NCBI GenBank assembly: GCA_951406725.2
Contig: OX597837.1
Location: 24,304,001-24,368,000 of the forward strand
Length of the DNA: 64,000 nucleotides
From: Octopus vulgaris
Taxonomy: Eukaryota
Direction: 5' to 3'
Numbering within the stretch: position 1 is the first letter of the stretch; each line of letters starts with the position of its first letter. The notes under the pieces are model-generated. The model did not search any database, was not told the DNA's origin, and saw only the letters and a program-made list of their open reading frames with translations. Positions 60,511-64,000 of this stretch are shown here, in pieces. The translations under genes and the position numbers were made by a program.

Positions 60511-63036
60511 ATGTAAATAGCTTTGACTGCTTTCTTCTGAAGATGGGCCTTTGCACCCAAAATATGTAAAACTTTCTGCATTGTTAGAAGCTTTCTTTAT
60601 TTCTCTTTTCCTTCATTTTCTACTATACTACAATGCTTCAAGTGAACTACAACACTCATAATTTGCAGCTCTAGAAAATTCAAATGCCTTGAGAACATGT
60701 TATACATAATTTAATTAAATACAATTATGACTAATAAATAATAATAAGGTGAGCTGACAGAAACATTAGCATGCTGGGTGAAACGCTTAGCAGTATTTCG
60801 TCTGTCTTTACATTCTGAGTTCAAATTCTGCCGAGGTCAACATTGCTTTTCATCCTTTTGGGGTTGATAAATTAAGTACCAGCTGCATACTGGTTCGATC
60901 TAATTGACTGCCCCCCCCCCCCAATTTCAGGCCTTGTGCCTAGAAAAGAAAAGAATAATAATAATAACTTTCTTGTACACAGTGCTCAGCTGCACTACAA
61001 CTCATCAGAAAAAATAACCAAAACTACATGAACAGTACATAGAATATAAACCAAGGTTAAGCAATAGTTTTTTATGTATATTTTCTAATATATATTAAAG
61101 TTAAAATATATTTTGACTTTAAAAGCTTTTTTTTTTAATCTTACCATGAGAAGTTCACCAGAAATCTTTTTAATTTGATCTCCAGTATTCCATGAAATCA
61201 AAAAGATTGAGAACCAGTGATCCAAACTGATAATGAGCAACAACCTCAGCCAATGAAGGAGCCACTATGTGGTTGCTCTACCTATTAGAAACAGCAACCA
61301 AACCACTCTCAAATCACACCATATTGTTACCAAAAAAAATAATAAAAAGCTGGAATAATCAAGCTTACAGGTAATATTTCTCCTCACTTAACCTTTTTGT
61401 TACCAACCGGCTCTGGCTCTGTAGTACAAATGTCTTGTTTTCATAAGTTTTCAATTAAAATTTTCCACCAAACCTTAGTCACAATTTATGTTCCTAACAC
61501 TAGCTTAATGATAACTAAGTTATTTTACTAAATTCTTTGTTATGTTTAACCCTTTGGTGTTCAGAATACTCTGTTAAATGTAATACTGTTTCACTCAAAT
61601 TGTTTTGAATTAATCATGCATTATCTTATAGCTTTGAGTTTTCAATGATATGATTGTTTATTTTTAGAATGTCAATGTAGGTTAGGTGTGAGAGGTTAGA
61701 TATTGCCAGTTTGAATATAAAACATGTAGAATATCAGGGCCAGATATGGCCAGTGTAAACACTAAAGGGTTAAAGTAATTGAAAGAAACACAGAGCATCT
61801 CAAAATAAATACAGTAATGGAAAGGTTAAACATGGATGTTCTATTAGAACAAACTATACTGTGGTAGTTACCATGACAAAAACCCTCATATTGGCTTTTG
61901 GCGCAAAATGTACTCTTGTGTATTTCACTAGCAGGAAGGTGAATCCTCCACATCTCCATTGTGGAGACTACTAAGTCATGTGATTTTGACCTTCCTTGGA
62001 TGCTCAACTGAGATTAAAATGCCCTTTGATCATTGGGGGCTAAACAATTCCCTTCTTTGGGGAAAAAGAAAGGATGTACTTGACAATGTGATACAGACTA
62101 TTATCATCATCATAATTTTACTATGGCATAGGTTGACTGATAGCATCTCACCACATGGCATGGCCTTTTATCGTCTGACATGCACAACAAAAGAGAACAC
62201 TGACAATCCATGTTCTTGTGCATGTAAAATGGTTGGTAACAGGAAAGGCATCCAACCATGGAAATTAATCCCAAAAAAAAAACAACACCAACAGAATGGG
62301 CTATGGGAATTTGACAGAGCCACCAGCACCATAGAGGTTATATGCTAGGACTAAACAGTCCCCTGCCTGAATAAACAACAAATAATCACAGCTAGAAAAA
62401 ACACCTTTCTCTTTTTCTCTCTTTTTACTTGTTTCAGTCATTTTGACTGCGGCCATACTGGAGCACCGCCTTTAATCGAGCAACTCGACCCCGGGACTTA
62501 TTCTTTTTGTAAGGCCAGTACTTATTCTATCGGTCTCTTTTGCCGAACCGCTAAGTGACGGGAACATAAACACACCAGCATCGGTTGTCAAGCAATGCTA
62601 GGGGGACAAACACAGACACACAAACATACATGCACATACATACAATATATATATATATATACATATATACGACGGGCTTCTTTCAGTTTCCGTCTACCAA
62701 ATCCACTCACAAGGCTTTGGTCGGCCCGAGGCTATAGTAGAAGACACTTGCCCAAGGTGCCATGCAGTGGGACTGAACCTGGAACCATGTGGTTGGTAAA
62801 CAAGCTACTTACCACACAGCCACTCCTGACCTTTGATCATAAGTTTACTTAATCAGGTCTAACCTAAGGTTAACAAATGAAACAAATCATTTACAAATAA
62901 AAAGATATATAAGTGCTCCAGAATGGTCTTGACCATGATGGCTAAAAGAAATTAAAGAACATAAAGGTACAGAGCAATTTACAGATGAATTCCATGACGA
63001 CTCCTCGTTTTCAGCACTAATTAATTAAGTACTTAC

Positions 63037-63248
63037 TGATTTCTCTCTATGGAGTAGCACCGACTTATTAAAGCTACATAATAGTCCCCAAACTCTGGAT
63101 ATGGTATATGAATTCTTTGATGATGTTGTTGATCGTCTGCAGACTCAATAGAAAGCAGCGCACCATTGGAACAATTCTCTAAATTGTGAACATCAGGGAA
63201 ACCATCTTTGACAATGCACATATAGATGGTAGCAGTTTGGTTCTCTGA
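63037..63248 (-). CDS. TMEM8: TMEM8/PGAP6-like gene, first exon visible in window (extracellular region, SENQTAT...IPYPEFGDYYVALISRCYSIERNQ)
   Basis: Acceptor tttttacAG at 63249-63251 and donor GTAAGT at 63031-63036. 212 nt, phase 0 to phase 2, compatible with the next exon. The IPYPExGxYY motif resembles the TMEM8A/B ectodomain. Confidence 0.88.
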
Positions 63249-64000
63249 CTGTAAAAAGAAACATAAGTTTACATTAAGAAATTTCTGGGATGTATTCCAT
63301 TTAAGAGAACTAACAAATGTTTGGGGTCTGAGAATAACAACAAAATCTGACTTCAATATCAACGTGCAATGTTAGGCAAAGTGACAATGCTCTATCACAT
63401 AAAATGTCTGAAAAGACTCGAAATTCTTTGATAACATGAGAATAAGGATTTCTTTCACAGACACAAGGACAAATATTGTATGGGGAGAGAACGGTCAATT
63501 ACATCAACCCCATAACTTACTCAGTGATTTATTTGACTGACCCCAGAAGGATGCAAAATAAAGTTGACCTCAACAGGATTTGAACTCAGGACGTAAAGAT
63601 TATTCTGTCAAATGTAAGGGTTGTTCATCATCATCATCATTTAGCGTCCGCTTTCCATGCTAGCATGGGTTTGACGGTTCAACTGGGGTCTGAGAAGCCA
63701 GAAGGCTGCACCAGGCCCAGTCTGATCTGGCAGTGTTTCTACGGCTGGGTGCCCTTCCTAAAGCCAACCACTCCGTGAGTGTAGTGGGTGCTTTTTACAT
63801 GCCACCCGCACAGGTGCCAGATGGGGCTGGCAAACGGCCACGGACAGATGGTGCTTTTTACGTGCCACCGGTACGGGGGCCAGTCGGGGCGGCGCTGGCA
63901 ACGGCCACAATCGGATGGTGCTTTTTACGTGCCACCGGCACGGAGGCCAGTCGGGGCGGCGCTGGCAATGGCCACGATCGGATAGTTCGCTTACTTGTCA

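Overview
AT-rich, intron-rich animal DNA, almost certainly octopus (inferred from the SINE families and dense (TA)n/(CA)n/(ATC)n microsatellites). The only well-supported host gene is the 3' part of a TMEM8/PGAP6-family gene on the minus strand. Five exons (63248-63037, 59439-59294, 56763-56585, 53266-53003, 49126-48836) have canonical GT-AG sites and matching phases. They splice into 363 codons plus stop, encoding an EGF-like domain and a multi-pass CREST-type membrane domain; the 5' exons lie beyond the window. The rest is layered transposable elements: three tRNA-derived SINE families; RTE, CR1, CRE-like, HERO-like and L1/Tx1-like LINE relics; Penelope-like elements (PLEs); Helitrons and a Helentron-type element; hAT-, piggyBac- and Merlin-like MITEs; and possible solo LTRs. 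There is also a ~2.4 kb near-tandem duplication. Three signals stand out. (1) Minimal type I hammerhead ribozyme motifs sit in PLE inverted repeats, and their core 3:8 pair covaries (C-G, A-U, G-C, possibly U-A). (2) A Tx1-like LINE shares its 3' stem-loop tail with an abundant SINE. (3) That SINE forms one-head, many-body concatemers with a fixed junction. All family assignments come from motif recognition by eye; no database search was run, and most repeat boundaries are approximate.
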